From positions 2,876-66,875 of the forward strand of contig CAIVRE010000018.1 of the NCBI GenBank assembly GCA_903908245.1: a DNA stretch of 64,000 bases, in the 5' to 3' direction. Below the pieces are notes generated by a model. That model ran no database searches and was not told the DNA's origin. It saw nothing but the letters and a program-made list of their open reading frames with translations. The DNA is from Candidatus Omnitrophota bacterium (GTDB lineage Bacteria > Omnitrophota > Gorgyraeia > Zapsychrales > Fredricksoniimonadaceae). A program made the translations under genes and the position numbers. Below, in pieces: positions 51,165 to 60,474 of this stretch; positions within the stretch are counted from its first letter, which is position 1; each line of letters begins with the position of its first letter.

Positions 51165-52402
51165 TGTTCCGTTCGTTGAAGCATTATAATCTGCGGCTCT
51201 TCCTTGCCGGCCAGCTTTGCTCGCTCATTGGCACCTGGATGCAGATCGTGGCGGGAAGCTGGCTGGTCTACCGCCTGACGAATTCGCCGTTCCTTCTTGG
51301 AGCTTTTGCTTTTGCGATGAATTTCCCGGCGCTTGTTTTTTCTCCGTTGGCGGGTGTTGCCGCCGATCGTTTTGACCGCCGCAGCCTTCTGGTCCTTATT
51401 AACACCTTGTCGATGGTGCAGGCCTTCATCCTTTGGGTGCTGGTTTTTACGAATATGGTCCAGGTATGGCACATTATGGCCTTGAGTGTCGTATCAGGGA
51501 TCCTTACCGCTTACGAAATGCCGATCCGTCAGTCGTTCATCAGTAAAATGATCGACGACCCCAAAGACCTGGCCAATGCGGTTGCGCTGAATTCTTCCGT
51601 TTTTAACGGATCCCGCCTGATCGGCCCGGCGATCGCGGGCATGACGATCGCGGTCTTCGGGGAAGGGGTCTGTTTTTTGTTCAACGCCCTGAGCTTCCTT
51701 CCTGTCATCGCGGCGTTGTGCCTGATGCGCTTATCCTATGTTAAGCCCGAGAGGTTGATGTCATCGAAAGGAAGCCTGGTGGAGGGGTTCCGTTATGTGT
51801 ATCATTCGATGCCGATCCGGCTTTTACTTGTCATGGTATCGGTCCTAAGCATGCTCAGCGGCGCGTTCCACTCGCTCGCGCCGATCTTTGCCAAAGAGGT
51901 CTTCGGCGGTGGGCCGAAGACCTTGGGGCTTCTTCTGTCTTTTTCGGGGGCCGGGGCTTTCCTGGGGGCCTTGTATCTGGCGGGAAGGCGCACGGTGATC
52001 GGTCTGGGGCGGGTGACAGCGGTTGCGGCCGGTGGAGCGGCGGTTTCTTTAATGCTGTTCGCGGTGATACGCGATATCCATTGGGCGGTTGTGGCTGTTT
52101 TTTTGAGCGGGCTTGGAATGATCATGAGCATCGGCGGAATGAATGTGATCATTCAAACGCTGGTGGAGGAAGAAAAGCGCGGGAGGGTGATGAGCCTTTA
52201 TGGCATTGCGCTGGTCGGCATAGCGCCGTTCGGAAGCCTTGCGGCCGGGGCGATCGCCAGTCATTCCGGGGTATCAGCCGCCTTGATGTCCGTTGGGATA
52301 TTCGCACTGATCGCGTCCGGTTTTTTCTGGTTCCATCTGCCGGTCTTTCGTTCGTTCGTCCGTCCTATTTATGCCGCGAAGGGGATCATTCCGGAAGCAT
52401 AG
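51164..52402 (+). CDS. MFS transporter (MFS_3/EntS-like family)
   Basis: 12 TM helices. The N-terminal FRSLKHYNLRLFLAGQLCSLIGTWM...GVAADRFDRR motif is typical of the EntS/YbdA-like subfamily. The ATG overlaps the RND stop (TAATG). Confidence 0.7.
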   Translation: MFRSLKHYNLRLFLAGQLCSLIGTWMQIVAGSWLVYRLTNSPFLLGAFAFAMNFPALVFSPLAGVAADRFDRRSLLVLINTLSMVQAFILWVLVFTNMVQVWHIMALSVVSGILTAYEMPIRQSFISKMIDDPKDLANAVALNSSVFNGSRLIGPAIAGMTIAVFGEGVCFLFNALSFLPVIAALCLMRLSYVKPERLMSSKGSLVEGFRYVYHSMPIRLLLVMVSVLSMLSGAFHSLAPIFAKEVFGGGPKTLGLLLSFSGAGAFLGALYLAGRRTVIGLGRVTAVAAGGAAVSLMLFAVIRDIHWAVVAVFLSGLGMIMSIGGMNVIIQTLVEEEKRGRVMSLYGIALVGIAPFGSLAAGAIASHSGVSAALMSVGIFALIASGFFWFHLPVFRSFVRPIYAAKGIIPEA

Positions 52403-52537
52403 TGTATCGGTTCGGGACACATAGAATTTTCTGCTTCTTAAGATGTAGGGAAAATTCAATATGTCCCGTGCGTGAGATTAATGAGGTTTAAAAAATTCTT
52501 TTTCTTAAAATCAGGGAATAAGGTATCATTCACTCCT

Positions 52538-53224
52538 ATGCTACGCATCGACATTATTACCATATTCCCCGGGATGTTCGCCGCTGTGCTTGATGAATCC
52601 ATCATGAAGCGCGCGCAGGCGAAGAAGCTGGTGGATTTTCGCGTGCATGACCTGAGGGATTTTTCCAAAGATCCCCATCGGAAGGTGGATGACCGTCCTT
52701 TCGGCGGGGGCCCGGGCATGGTGATGACGCCCCAGCCGCTGGTCGATGCGGTCAAAAAGATAAAAGGCCGCCGCAAGGCCAAAGTGATCTATATGTGCCC
52801 CGGCGGAACGGTGTTCACCCAGGTGAAAGCGAAGTTGTTCGCAAAAGAAAAGAACCTGGTCCTTATCTGCGGCCATTATGAGGGTATCGACGAACGCGTG
52901 CGGGAACTGGTGGTGGATGAAAGCGTTTCTGTCGGCGATTATGTTCTTACCGGCGGGGAATTGCCGGCGATGGCGGTGGCTGACGCTGTGGTCCGGCTGA
53001 TCCCCGGTGTACTTGGCAAGGAGGCGTCCCTGGAGGATGAATCGTTCGAGCGCAACCTGCTGGAATATCCCCAGTACACACGTCCTGCAGATTTTTGTGG
53101 AAAAAAAACACCTCTTGTGTTATTATCCGGCAATCATAAAGCCGTAAAACAATGGCGGAATGAGCAGGCAGTGGCCCGCACAAGAAAATTCCGCCCGGAT
53201 TTATTAAAGGAAAGCAGGCAATAA
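52538..53224 (+). CDS. trmD: tRNA (guanine37-N1)-methyltransferase
   Basis: MLRIDIITIFPGMF...RPFGGGPGMVM, and the SPOUT knot motif GHYEGIDERV. Confidence 0.9.
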   Translation: MLRIDIITIFPGMFAAVLDESIMKRAQAKKLVDFRVHDLRDFSKDPHRKVDDRPFGGGPGMVMTPQPLVDAVKKIKGRRKAKVIYMCPGGTVFTQVKAKLFAKEKNLVLICGHYEGIDERVRELVVDESVSVGDYVLTGGELPAMAVADAVVRLIPGVLGKEASLEDESFERNLLEYPQYTRPADFCGKKTPLVLLSGNHKAVKQWRNEQAVARTRKFRPDLLKESRQ

Positions 53225-53225
53225 A

Positions 53226-53633
53226 ATGGCAAGCCGTATCGAGAAGCTCAAGAAATTTGAAGCAGGTTTTGTCCGCAAGGATATCCCGTCATTCAATGTG
53301 GGTGACACCGTCAAGATGAAGATCAAGGTTCAGGAGGCCGATAAGATCCGTTTGCACTCCTGGGAAGGTATTGTTATTGGCCGTCGGGGGGCCGGGATCA
53401 AGGAGGTCTTTACGGTCCGCAAGATCTCTTTTGGCGAAGGCGTTGAGAAGGCGTTCCCGATCCATTCACCTGTGATCGAGAGTTTGAAAGTTATCAGCAA
53501 GGGGTCAGTGAAGCGCGCAAAGCTTTTCTACCTGCGTGACCGCAGTGGAAAAGGGGCCCGTATCGAGACGGAAGCGGTCAGGGAGCTTTCTGCTTCTGCT
53601 GCCGCAGCTGCGGCGCAGCCTGTTGCCGCCTGA
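53226..53633 (+). CDS. rplS: 50S ribosomal protein L19
   Basis: FNVGDTVKMKIKVQEADKIRLHSWEGIVIGRRGAGIKEVFTVRKIS. It shows the trmD-rplS adjacency. Confidence 0.9.
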   Translation: MASRIEKLKKFEAGFVRKDIPSFNVGDTVKMKIKVQEADKIRLHSWEGIVIGRRGAGIKEVFTVRKISFGEGVEKAFPIHSPVIESLKVISKGSVKRAKLFYLRDRSGKGARIETEAVRELSASAAAAAAQPVAA

Positions 53634-54292
53634 TGGTGTTGACGGCGGTTGGCAGTATCCAGGAATTAATTGAATTTGATCAACAAGCGAAAGCCGGCAA
53701 CGGCTTTCGCTTTCTTTTTGGGGTCGATGAAGCTGGGCGCGGGCCATTGGCCGGTCCGGTCGTGGCGGGCGCGGTGTTGCTTAAGGCAACCGATTTTTCT
53801 GTCCGTATCGGAGATTCAAAGAAATTGAGCGCAGCCCAGCGTGCGAAGGCGTTCCTCCAGATCCATGAGCGGGCGTATGTCGGCGTGGGGATCGTCAGTG
53901 AGGCCGTGATCGATGAGATCAATATTCTGCGCGCGTCCCATCTGGCCATGGCCGATGCCGTCAGGGACCTGGTGAAGAATCTACCGGACCAGGTCCGCAG
54001 CCAGGAAGGCTTTGTTGCGGCGGTAAAACTTCTGATCGACGGGAATTTATTCACGGAGACGGTCCCGTACAAGGTTCAAACTGTTGTTGCGGGGGATGCC
54101 AAAAGTTTATCGATCGCCTGCGCGAGCATCATTGCCAAGGTCACCCGCGACCGTATTATTGATGCGTATGATGCCGAATACCCGCAGTATGGTTTTCGCC
54201 AGCATAAGGGTTATCCGACCGCGGCCCATCGCGCGGCGATCCGGGAACACGGTCTTTCACCCATTCACCGTAAAACATTCAGATCGGCATGA
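53633..54292 (+). CDS. rnhB: ribonuclease HII
   Basis: GVDEAGRGPLAGPVV...DSKKLS...DAKSLSIACASIIAK are RNase HII catalytic motifs. Confidence 0.9.
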   Translation: MVLTAVGSIQELIEFDQQAKAGNGFRFLFGVDEAGRGPLAGPVVAGAVLLKATDFSVRIGDSKKLSAAQRAKAFLQIHERAYVGVGIVSEAVIDEINILRASHLAMADAVRDLVKNLPDQVRSQEGFVAAVKLLIDGNLFTETVPYKVQTVVAGDAKSLSIACASIIAKVTRDRIIDAYDAEYPQYGFRQHKGYPTAAHRAAIREHGLSPIHRKTFRSA

Positions 54293-54654
54293 GCAAATTA
54301 ACAAAGAAATTAGGGCAGGACGGGGAAGATTTTGCCGTGGATTTTCTTAAGTCCAGGGGCTATGAGATCCTGGAAAAGAACTATCGGGCCAAGTGCGGGG
54401 AGATCGATATTGTTGCCCGCGAGGCCGGGATCATTGTTTTCATCGAAGTTAAAACCCGGCAGGAAGACGGCTGGGATGCGTTTGAAGCGGTTCATTCATC
54501 AAAACAGCGGAAGCTTTATCGGACGGCGCAGCATTTTCTTTTAAACCGTTTGAATACGGTGGATATTAACGGCCGTTTTGATGTTCTGGCGGTGTATGCT
54601 GTCCCTGACGGCTCTTTTCGCGGTGACCTTCTCAAGAACGCTTTTTTCAAATAA
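54289..54654 (+). CDS. yraN: YraN-family (UPF0102) putative endonuclease
   Basis: GEDFAVDFLKSRGYEILEKNYRAKCGEIDIVA...IVFIEVKTR is the PD-(D/E)xK-like UPF0102 pattern. It shows the rnhB-yraN adjacency. Confidence 0.75.
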   Translation: MSKLTKKLGQDGEDFAVDFLKSRGYEILEKNYRAKCGEIDIVAREAGIIVFIEVKTRQEDGWDAFEAVHSSKQRKLYRTAQHFLLNRLNTVDINGRFDVLAVYAVPDGSFRGDLLKNAFFK

Positions 54655-54772
54655 AATAATCAAATATTGCCAAATTTGCTCTTTTTCGTTACTATAAATA
54701 TAAATTAAAGGAAAGCAGTTCTCGCGTTGCGTTTTTTAACATCTATTGTCCTTTCACTCGTATTCAATCCTA

Positions 54773-55261
54773 ATGGTCTGTTACGCAAACAACAGTTTAT
54801 CGGAATACCTTGAACGTCTGGCCGCCCGTGAGCCTGTGCCTGGCGGCGGGTCTGCCGCAGCTGTTTCAGCGGCCATGGGGGCGGCATTGATCGTTATGTC
54901 CATCCGTTATTCGGTCGGCAAGGGCAAGACCAGGGGCATTGAGGCGCGTTTGGAGAAAATAATGGCTGAGGCTGAGAAAGTCCGCAAGCGCTTTATCGCG
55001 GACATCAGTCGTGATGCGCAGGTTTATTTGAATGTGGTCGCGGCCAGGAAGAACGGCGGTAAGGCTGCGCTAAGGAAGGCGAATCGTGCGGCGGCCATTG
55101 TTCCGCGGGAGCTGGTCAGGGCGTGCCGCGCGCTTTTAAAGTCCGTGCCTTTCCTGAAGAAAGAAGTGAACAGATATTTGGTCAGCGATATGCTCGCGGC
55201 CGAAGTGTTCTTGAATGCGGCGATCAATGCCGCGCAGGCTATGGTTGAAGCCAATCAATGA
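54773..55261 (+). CDS. cyclodeaminase/cyclohydrolase-family protein (FTCD C-terminal-like, FchA-like)
   Basis: LSEYLERLAAREPVPGGGSAAAVSAAMGAALIVM matches the formiminotransferase-cyclodeaminase C-domain / methenyl-THF cyclohydrolase family. It is encoded directly upstream of folD. Confidence 0.6.
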   Translation: MVCYANNSLSEYLERLAAREPVPGGGSAAAVSAAMGAALIVMSIRYSVGKGKTRGIEARLEKIMAEAEKVRKRFIADISRDAQVYLNVVAARKNGGKAALRKANRAAAIVPRELVRACRALLKSVPFLKKEVNRYLVSDMLAAEVFLNAAINAAQAMVEANQ

Positions 55262-56124
55262 GTGCTTATATCCTTGATGGAAAAGCTTTAGCGCAAAAGC
55301 TTCAGTCCGAGCTTAAGGATGAGGTTGACCGTCTTCGCGCGCGTACGGGCAAGACCCCGCGTTTCATGAATATTGCCATTGGACAGGACCTGTGCGCGGG
55401 CTCCTATGGCAAGTCCCAGAAACGGGCGGCCGAGTTCATCGGCATCGATTATCAATTTTCAAATTTGTCGTCGCATCTTTCTCAAAAAGAGCTTATTGAT
55501 CATATTCATTTCTTGAATGAAGATGCGAATGTTCATGGCATTATGCTCCATAAGCCTGTCCCTTCGCAGATCGATTTTCAGCAGGCGGTCAATGCCATTA
55601 CCCCCAAGAAAGACATTGAGGGGATGAACATCGCCAATCTCGGGCGATTGATGCTGGGGACCACCAGTATTATTCCGGCCACGCCGGCCGCGGCAATGGC
55701 CCTGTTGCTTTCATCGGGCGTGAATATTGCCGGTAAAGAAGCGGTGCTCATCGGCCGCAGCGAGATCGTCGGCAAACCCATGATGATGCTGTTGCTGGAA
55801 AAGAATGCCACGGTCACGGTATGCCATAGCGCGACCAGCAAAGCCGGGTGCCTGGCGGACCATGTGAAAAGGGCGGAGATCCTCGTGGTGGCCATGGGCA
55901 AGCCCGGATCGGTCAAGGGAGAATGGGTGCGCGAAGGCGCCATTGTCATCGATATCGGCATCAATCCTGTCGACGGAAAGATCACGGGCGATGTCGAGTT
56001 TGATGCGGCGGCCGGCCGCGCGGCGTTCATCACTCCTGTTCCCGGCGGTGTCGGCCCGGTCACGGCGGTCATGTTAATGAAGAACGGTATTGAAACCTTT
56101 AAGATCCAGCTTGAGCATCCATAA
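55258..56124 (+). CDS. folD: bifunctional methylenetetrahydrofolate dehydrogenase / methenyltetrahydrofolate cyclohydrolase
   Basis: ILDGKALAQKL...GRSEIVGKPMMMLLL...TVCHSAT...GGVGPVTAVMLM are FolD signatures. Confidence 0.9.
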   Translation: MSAYILDGKALAQKLQSELKDEVDRLRARTGKTPRFMNIAIGQDLCAGSYGKSQKRAAEFIGIDYQFSNLSSHLSQKELIDHIHFLNEDANVHGIMLHKPVPSQIDFQQAVNAITPKKDIEGMNIANLGRLMLGTTSIIPATPAAAMALLLSSGVNIAGKEAVLIGRSEIVGKPMMMLLLEKNATVTVCHSATSKAGCLADHVKRAEILVVAMGKPGSVKGEWVREGAIVIDIGINPVDGKITGDVEFDAAAGRAAFITPVPGGVGPVTAVMLMKNGIETFKIQLEHP

Positions 56125-57107
56125 TGCCTAAACTTGTTATTATCGGACAATCTCCTGCGGCTTATTCCGCCATCCGGACATTGCGCGCCAGCGGCGCGGA
56201 CTGGACAGCCACGCTTATTTCAACCGATACCCACCTGCCGTATGACCGCGGATCTTTTCCCGGGCTGATCGCGCGCAAGGTCAAAGAAAAGGATCTTTTT
56301 TATTCGACGGAAGATTTTTATAGGGAGGGCAAGGTTGAGATGATCCTCGACAAGGAATTGTCGCGCATTAATTTCAATCGCCGCAAGGTTTACCTGGCCG
56401 ACAGGGTTGTGGTGGATTATGACGCTCTTCTTATTACGGATGCTCCCCAGGTACGCCTGCCGGAGGTTAAGGGTTTTCGCCGGCCGGGGGTATTTGATAC
56501 CGCCAGGCTGGACTCCATGCGCCGTCTTTTGAAGCGACTGGTGTTCGTTGAAACGGCTGTGGTTGTTCCCGTTTCACTGCGCGGGATCGAGATCGCTCTT
56601 GCTTTAAAAGAAGCCGGGAAAGAAGTCGTGCTGGTATCTGCCGAGGAGAAGGTCCTTGCTTCGGGATGTCCTGATGCCCAGGCGGAGTCTTTGGCCGGAT
56701 CGATCGAAAAAAGCGGATTGCGTGTCGTGGCGAATAACAGTATCGAGGATATCCTTGGCGAGGGCGAGGTTCAGGCTGTGCGCTTCAAGTCGGGGAAAGT
56801 GATGGCGTGTGAAACGGTCCTCCTTGAGGAGGCGGCCCCTGACCTCCGGTTCTTAACGGATACCGGTTTATTGATCCGCGAGAGGATCTGTGTTCATACA
56901 ACGATGCGGACGAATATTCCCGATGTTTATGCGGCGGATGCTGTGATGGAATTTGCCGCACCTGTTTTTGTAGGGACATATGGTATGGACAGCACTATGT
57001 CCATGCGCCAGGGAGAATGTGCGGCGCGAACGATCCTTGGAGGAGAAGAACATTTTCAGTTCATTGCTCCGGACCCGTTGGAAGAGATATTGCGGGGGGC
57101 CATATGA
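56124..57107 (+). CDS. pyridine nucleotide-disulfide oxidoreductase-like protein with degenerate dinucleotide-binding motifs
   Basis: Two Rossmann-like beta-alpha-beta starts (KLVIIGQSPAAYSA; AVVVPVSLRGIEIALAL) where GxGxxG is not conserved, plus a C-terminal DVYAADAV motif resembling the FAD-site end motif of the Pyr_redox_2 family. Its ATG overlaps the folD stop. Confidence 0.5.
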   Translation: MPKLVIIGQSPAAYSAIRTLRASGADWTATLISTDTHLPYDRGSFPGLIARKVKEKDLFYSTEDFYREGKVEMILDKELSRINFNRRKVYLADRVVVDYDALLITDAPQVRLPEVKGFRRPGVFDTARLDSMRRLLKRLVFVETAVVVPVSLRGIEIALALKEAGKEVVLVSAEEKVLASGCPDAQAESLAGSIEKSGLRVVANNSIEDILGEGEVQAVRFKSGKVMACETVLLEEAAPDLRFLTDTGLLIRERICVHTTMRTNIPDVYAADAVMEFAAPVFVGTYGMDSTMSMRQGECAARTILGGEEHFQFIAPDPLEEILRGAI

Positions 57108-57901
57108 TAAAGGGTATTGGTTGCTCGGCGGTTTTTCTTTTGACAGCGCTATTTTCATATACCGTGTCAGCTCAATCTGATGAGAGCGAGTCGGTCCTGT
57201 CGCGCCGTCAGGGGTATGCTTTTCAGGAACTGGGGGAGTACAGGAAAGCCCTTTTTTATTATCAGCGGGCACTGGCCCTTCAGCCGGAAAGTGCGGCGAT
57301 CTGTAATGACGCCGCCTTGATGCAGGAATATATCGGCGAGAACAAAGAGGCTGAACTGGGGTATTTGAAAGCTATCAGCCTGGACCGCAAGTATCTGCCG
57401 GCCTACGCGAATCTGGGGGTGTTTTATTCCAGGCAGGGTCAGTATGTCATGGCGGTAAAGTATTTGCGTCAGCGCGTTGATATGGGGCGTCCGCAGGACC
57501 CCTGGACCGTCAAGGCCCAGGAAGAACTGTTTAAGGCCTATAAACACGTGCCCGCGCTTGAAGCCGAGCGTGTGCGCGCCCAGGCAGAGGAATTTTCTGA
57601 AAAGATCGTGCAGGCCAAAGAGCAAATGAAACGTTCCGCCGATCGTAACCGGTCCCTGGATTTTGAAACGGCGTATCAAAAGGGGCTTGATGCCATCCGT
57701 GCGAGGCGTTTTGGCGAGGCAGTGGAAGCGCTGGAGACGGCGGTCATGATCAATCCCCGGAGCAATGGCGCCCGCGAGGCGCTCAAACATGCCCGTTTCG
57801 GGAAAGAAAAAACCCTGCTTGAGTCCCAGGCCGCGATGTTGCAGCTGGATGTTAAAAACCGCAGTGTTGCCGAGACCCTCGATGACGTATCTTCACGTTA
57901 G
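57104..57901 (+). CDS. secreted TPR-repeat protein
   Basis: Signal peptide (AVFLLTALFSYTVSAQS), then several TPR-like helical repeats (YRKALFYYQRALALQP; AYANLGVFYSRQGQY). It overlaps the upstream gene by 4 nt. Confidence 0.55.
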   Translation: MIKGIGCSAVFLLTALFSYTVSAQSDESESVLSRRQGYAFQELGEYRKALFYYQRALALQPESAAICNDAALMQEYIGENKEAELGYLKAISLDRKYLPAYANLGVFYSRQGQYVMAVKYLRQRVDMGRPQDPWTVKAQEELFKAYKHVPALEAERVRAQAEEFSEKIVQAKEQMKRSADRNRSLDFETAYQKGLDAIRARRFGEAVEALETAVMINPRSNGAREALKHARFGKEKTLLESQAAMLQLDVKNRSVAETLDDVSSR

Positions 57902-57915
57902 GCATTGATCTTATT

Positions 57916-60474
57916 ATGGCGACAGCTTCCAGAATAGTGTTGATCGATGCGCACGGGTTGTGCTACCGGGCGTTCTATGCGGTTAAGGACCTGCGTAATT
58001 CCAGGGGGCAGCCGACGAACGCGGTGTTCGGTTTCGTGAATATTCTCAAGAAAATATTGTTGCGTTACCGGCCTGGTTATGTCGCGGCGTGTTTTGATGT
58101 CGGCCGGCATACCAGGCGGACGGAGAAATTCGCGGATTATAAGGCCCAGCGTTCTTCCATGCCCGAGGACCTTGTTTCGCAGATCCCTCTTATCAAGGAT
58201 GTTGTGACAGGGTTTCGCATTCCGGTCTTTGCCATGGAGGGCCATGAGGCGGATGATATTATCGCGGTGCTGGCACGGCGGTTCTCTTCGCCGGAGCACG
58301 AGGTGATCATTGTGTCTGACGACAAGGACCTGCATCAGGTGTTATCCCCGGGCATACGGATCTACAACAGCCGCCGGGATGATCTGCTCGGGCCCAACGA
58401 TACCCAGGAGCGTTTCGGTGTTACTCCGTCGCAGATGGTCGATTATCTGGCGTTGGCGGGGGATGCCAGCGACAATATCCCCGGTGTCGACGGTATAGGG
58501 GAAGTAACGGCGCGTAAACTGATCGGGCAGTACGGTTCGCTGGACAATGTGTTGGCGCATGCAGATGAACTTAATGGCAAGCTGAAGGAAAAGATCCTCA
58601 TGGGCCGTGAATCCGCGCTGTTGAGCCGGGAGCTGGCGACATTGGACGTTGATATCGCTGTTGATTGCACTCTTGATGATATTAAATGGAATGGCCCGGA
58701 CAGTGTCCGTTTAAAAGAGATATTCAGGGGGCTTGAGTTCCGCGTCCTTCTGGATGGTTTGTTCAGGCAGGAGGCGGCTCAACCGGAAATGCCCCGGCCG
58801 GTCGTTGAGACGTTCTCTTTTATGGCAGTAGGTGATGCCGACGCATTGAGAAAAGAGGCTGTTACTACCGGCCGCGCGGCTTTCTTGCTCGATGATGAGG
58901 GGAATGTTTCTGTGGCCGCGGGCAGTGCCTGTTTTGAGTGCCATATCAGCGGCCTTGCTGTTATCGGTGATATTCTGGCTTCGAGCAGCATTTTGAAAGT
59001 GCTTTATGATTCCAAGTCGGTGCGCAAGGTTTTTGCCCTGGCGGGGTTGACGATCGACGGGAAGATATTTGACGCTTTTCTGGCCGGCTACCTGACCTGT
59101 GCCGGGCAGTCGGCGTACGGCATTGGGCCCCTGGCATGGAGTTTGCTCAAGAGGCCGATGGAAGAGGGCGCTACCCTGGCGCAAAAAGCGCAGGTCCTGC
59201 TGGCTCTTTATGATCCGCTTCTCAGCAGGCTTCAAGAGCTCGGCCTTCTTGATCTTTATCAGGGCGTTGAGTATCCACTCAGCGAAGTTCTTTTTGAAAT
59301 GGAGAAACAGGGCGTCGGCCTTGACCTTAAGCTTTTGGAAAAGTTGAGTCTTGACAGTACGACCAGGATCGCGGCAATGACCGTCAGGCTGCACGCGCTT
59401 GCCGGTGAAGAGTTCAATTGCAATTCGCCGAAACAGCTGGGGCATGTTCTCTTTGAGAAGTTGAAATTGCCGGTCATTAAGAAAACCAAGACCGGAGCTT
59501 CGACCGATGAGGAAGTCCTGACCCGCCTGGCGTCCCAGCATGAACTTCCGGCTCTGGTCCTGGAATATCGTCAGCTGGCCAAGCTGAAATCCACCTACAT
59601 TGACGCGTTGCCGAAAATGGTTTCTCCGGTAACGGGGCGTATCCATTGTTCTTTTAATCAGGCCGGGACGGAAACGGGGCGGTTGAGTTCCAGCCAGCCG
59701 AATTTGCAGAATATCCCGATCCGTACGCAGGAAGGGCGGATGATCCGCAGTGCGTTCATTCCCTCTTCGATGGACCGGGTATTGTTATCGGCGGATTATT
59801 CACAGATCGAGCTGCGGGTGCTGGCGCATTTGGCCGATGAGCCGAACTTGAAGAAGGCATTTATTAACGGGGAAGATATTCATCGTTATACCGCGGCGCT
59901 TATTTTTGATGTGGAACAGAAAGACGTGACCACTGAAATGCGTTATAGCGCGAAACGGATCAACTTCGGCATTATTTACGGAATGAGCGCTTTCGGCCTG
60001 GCCAAAGACCTGGGCGTTTCCAACAAGGAAGCGAAGGGATTCATTGACCGGTATTTTCTGCGCTATCCCGGCATTCAGGTGTTCATGGACCATGAGGTCG
60101 AAAATGCCAGGGCGCTTGGTTATAGCGAGACCATGTTCCATCGCCGGCGTTATTTGCCGGATATCAACAGCAAGAATCCGATGGTGAGGCATTTCGCGGA
60201 GCGCCAGGCCATCAATACCCCCGTGCAGGGCACAGCCGCGGATATTATCAAGATCGCGATGGTCCATATGGCGGGTGCGATCAGCTCTGGCGGGTTGAAA
60301 GGCCGGATGATCATTACGGTCCACGATGAACTGGTGTTTGATGTCCACAGGGATGAAGCCAGGTCATTGGCCGTGATCGTAAAAGAGACCATGGAAAAGG
60401 CTGTTGTGCTTTCAGTCGGGATCGATGTCATGGTTAAATCCGGTCCGAACTGGGCGGAGATGCGGGAGATATGA
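57916..60474 (+). CDS. polA: DNA polymerase I
   Basis: 5'-3' exonuclease domain (IVLIDAHGLCYRAFYA), then a family-A polymerase domain with motif A (LLSADYSQIELRVLAHL), motif B (RYSAKRINFGIIYG) and motif C (VHDELVFD). Confidence 0.95.
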   Translation: MATASRIVLIDAHGLCYRAFYAVKDLRNSRGQPTNAVFGFVNILKKILLRYRPGYVAACFDVGRHTRRTEKFADYKAQRSSMPEDLVSQIPLIKDVVTGFRIPVFAMEGHEADDIIAVLARRFSSPEHEVIIVSDDKDLHQVLSPGIRIYNSRRDDLLGPNDTQERFGVTPSQMVDYLALAGDASDNIPGVDGIGEVTARKLIGQYGSLDNVLAHADELNGKLKEKILMGRESALLSRELATLDVDIAVDCTLDDIKWNGPDSVRLKEIFRGLEFRVLLDGLFRQEAAQPEMPRPVVETFSFMAVGDADALRKEAVTTGRAAFLLDDEGNVSVAAGSACFECHISGLAVIGDILASSSILKVLYDSKSVRKVFALAGLTIDGKIFDAFLAGYLTCAGQSAYGIGPLAWSLLKRPMEEGATLAQKAQVLLALYDPLLSRLQELGLLDLYQGVEYPLSEVLFEMEKQGVGLDLKLLEKLSLDSTTRIAAMTVRLHALAGEEFNCNSPKQLGHVLFEKLKLPVIKKTKTGASTDEEVLTRLASQHELPALVLEYRQLAKLKSTYIDALPKMVSPVTGRIHCSFNQAGTETGRLSSSQPNLQNIPIRTQEGRMIRSAFIPSSMDRVLLSADYSQIELRVLAHLADEPNLKKAFINGEDIHRYTAALIFDVEQKDVTTEMRYSAKRINFGIIYGMSAFGLAKDLGVSNKEAKGFIDRYFLRYPGIQVFMDHEVENARALGYSETMFHRRRYLPDINSKNPMVRHFAERQAINTPVQGTAADIIKIAMVHMAGAISSGGLKGRMIITVHDELVFDVHRDEARSLAVIVKETMEKAVVLSVGIDVMVKSGPNWAEMREI

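Noticed and set aside
52419-52472. Imperfect 18-bp inverted repeat (GGGACACATAGAATTTTC...GAAAATTCAATATGTCCC) between the MFS gene and trmD.
   Set aside because: It is most simply a terminator for the efflux operon. It has two mismatches and nothing to suggest more.
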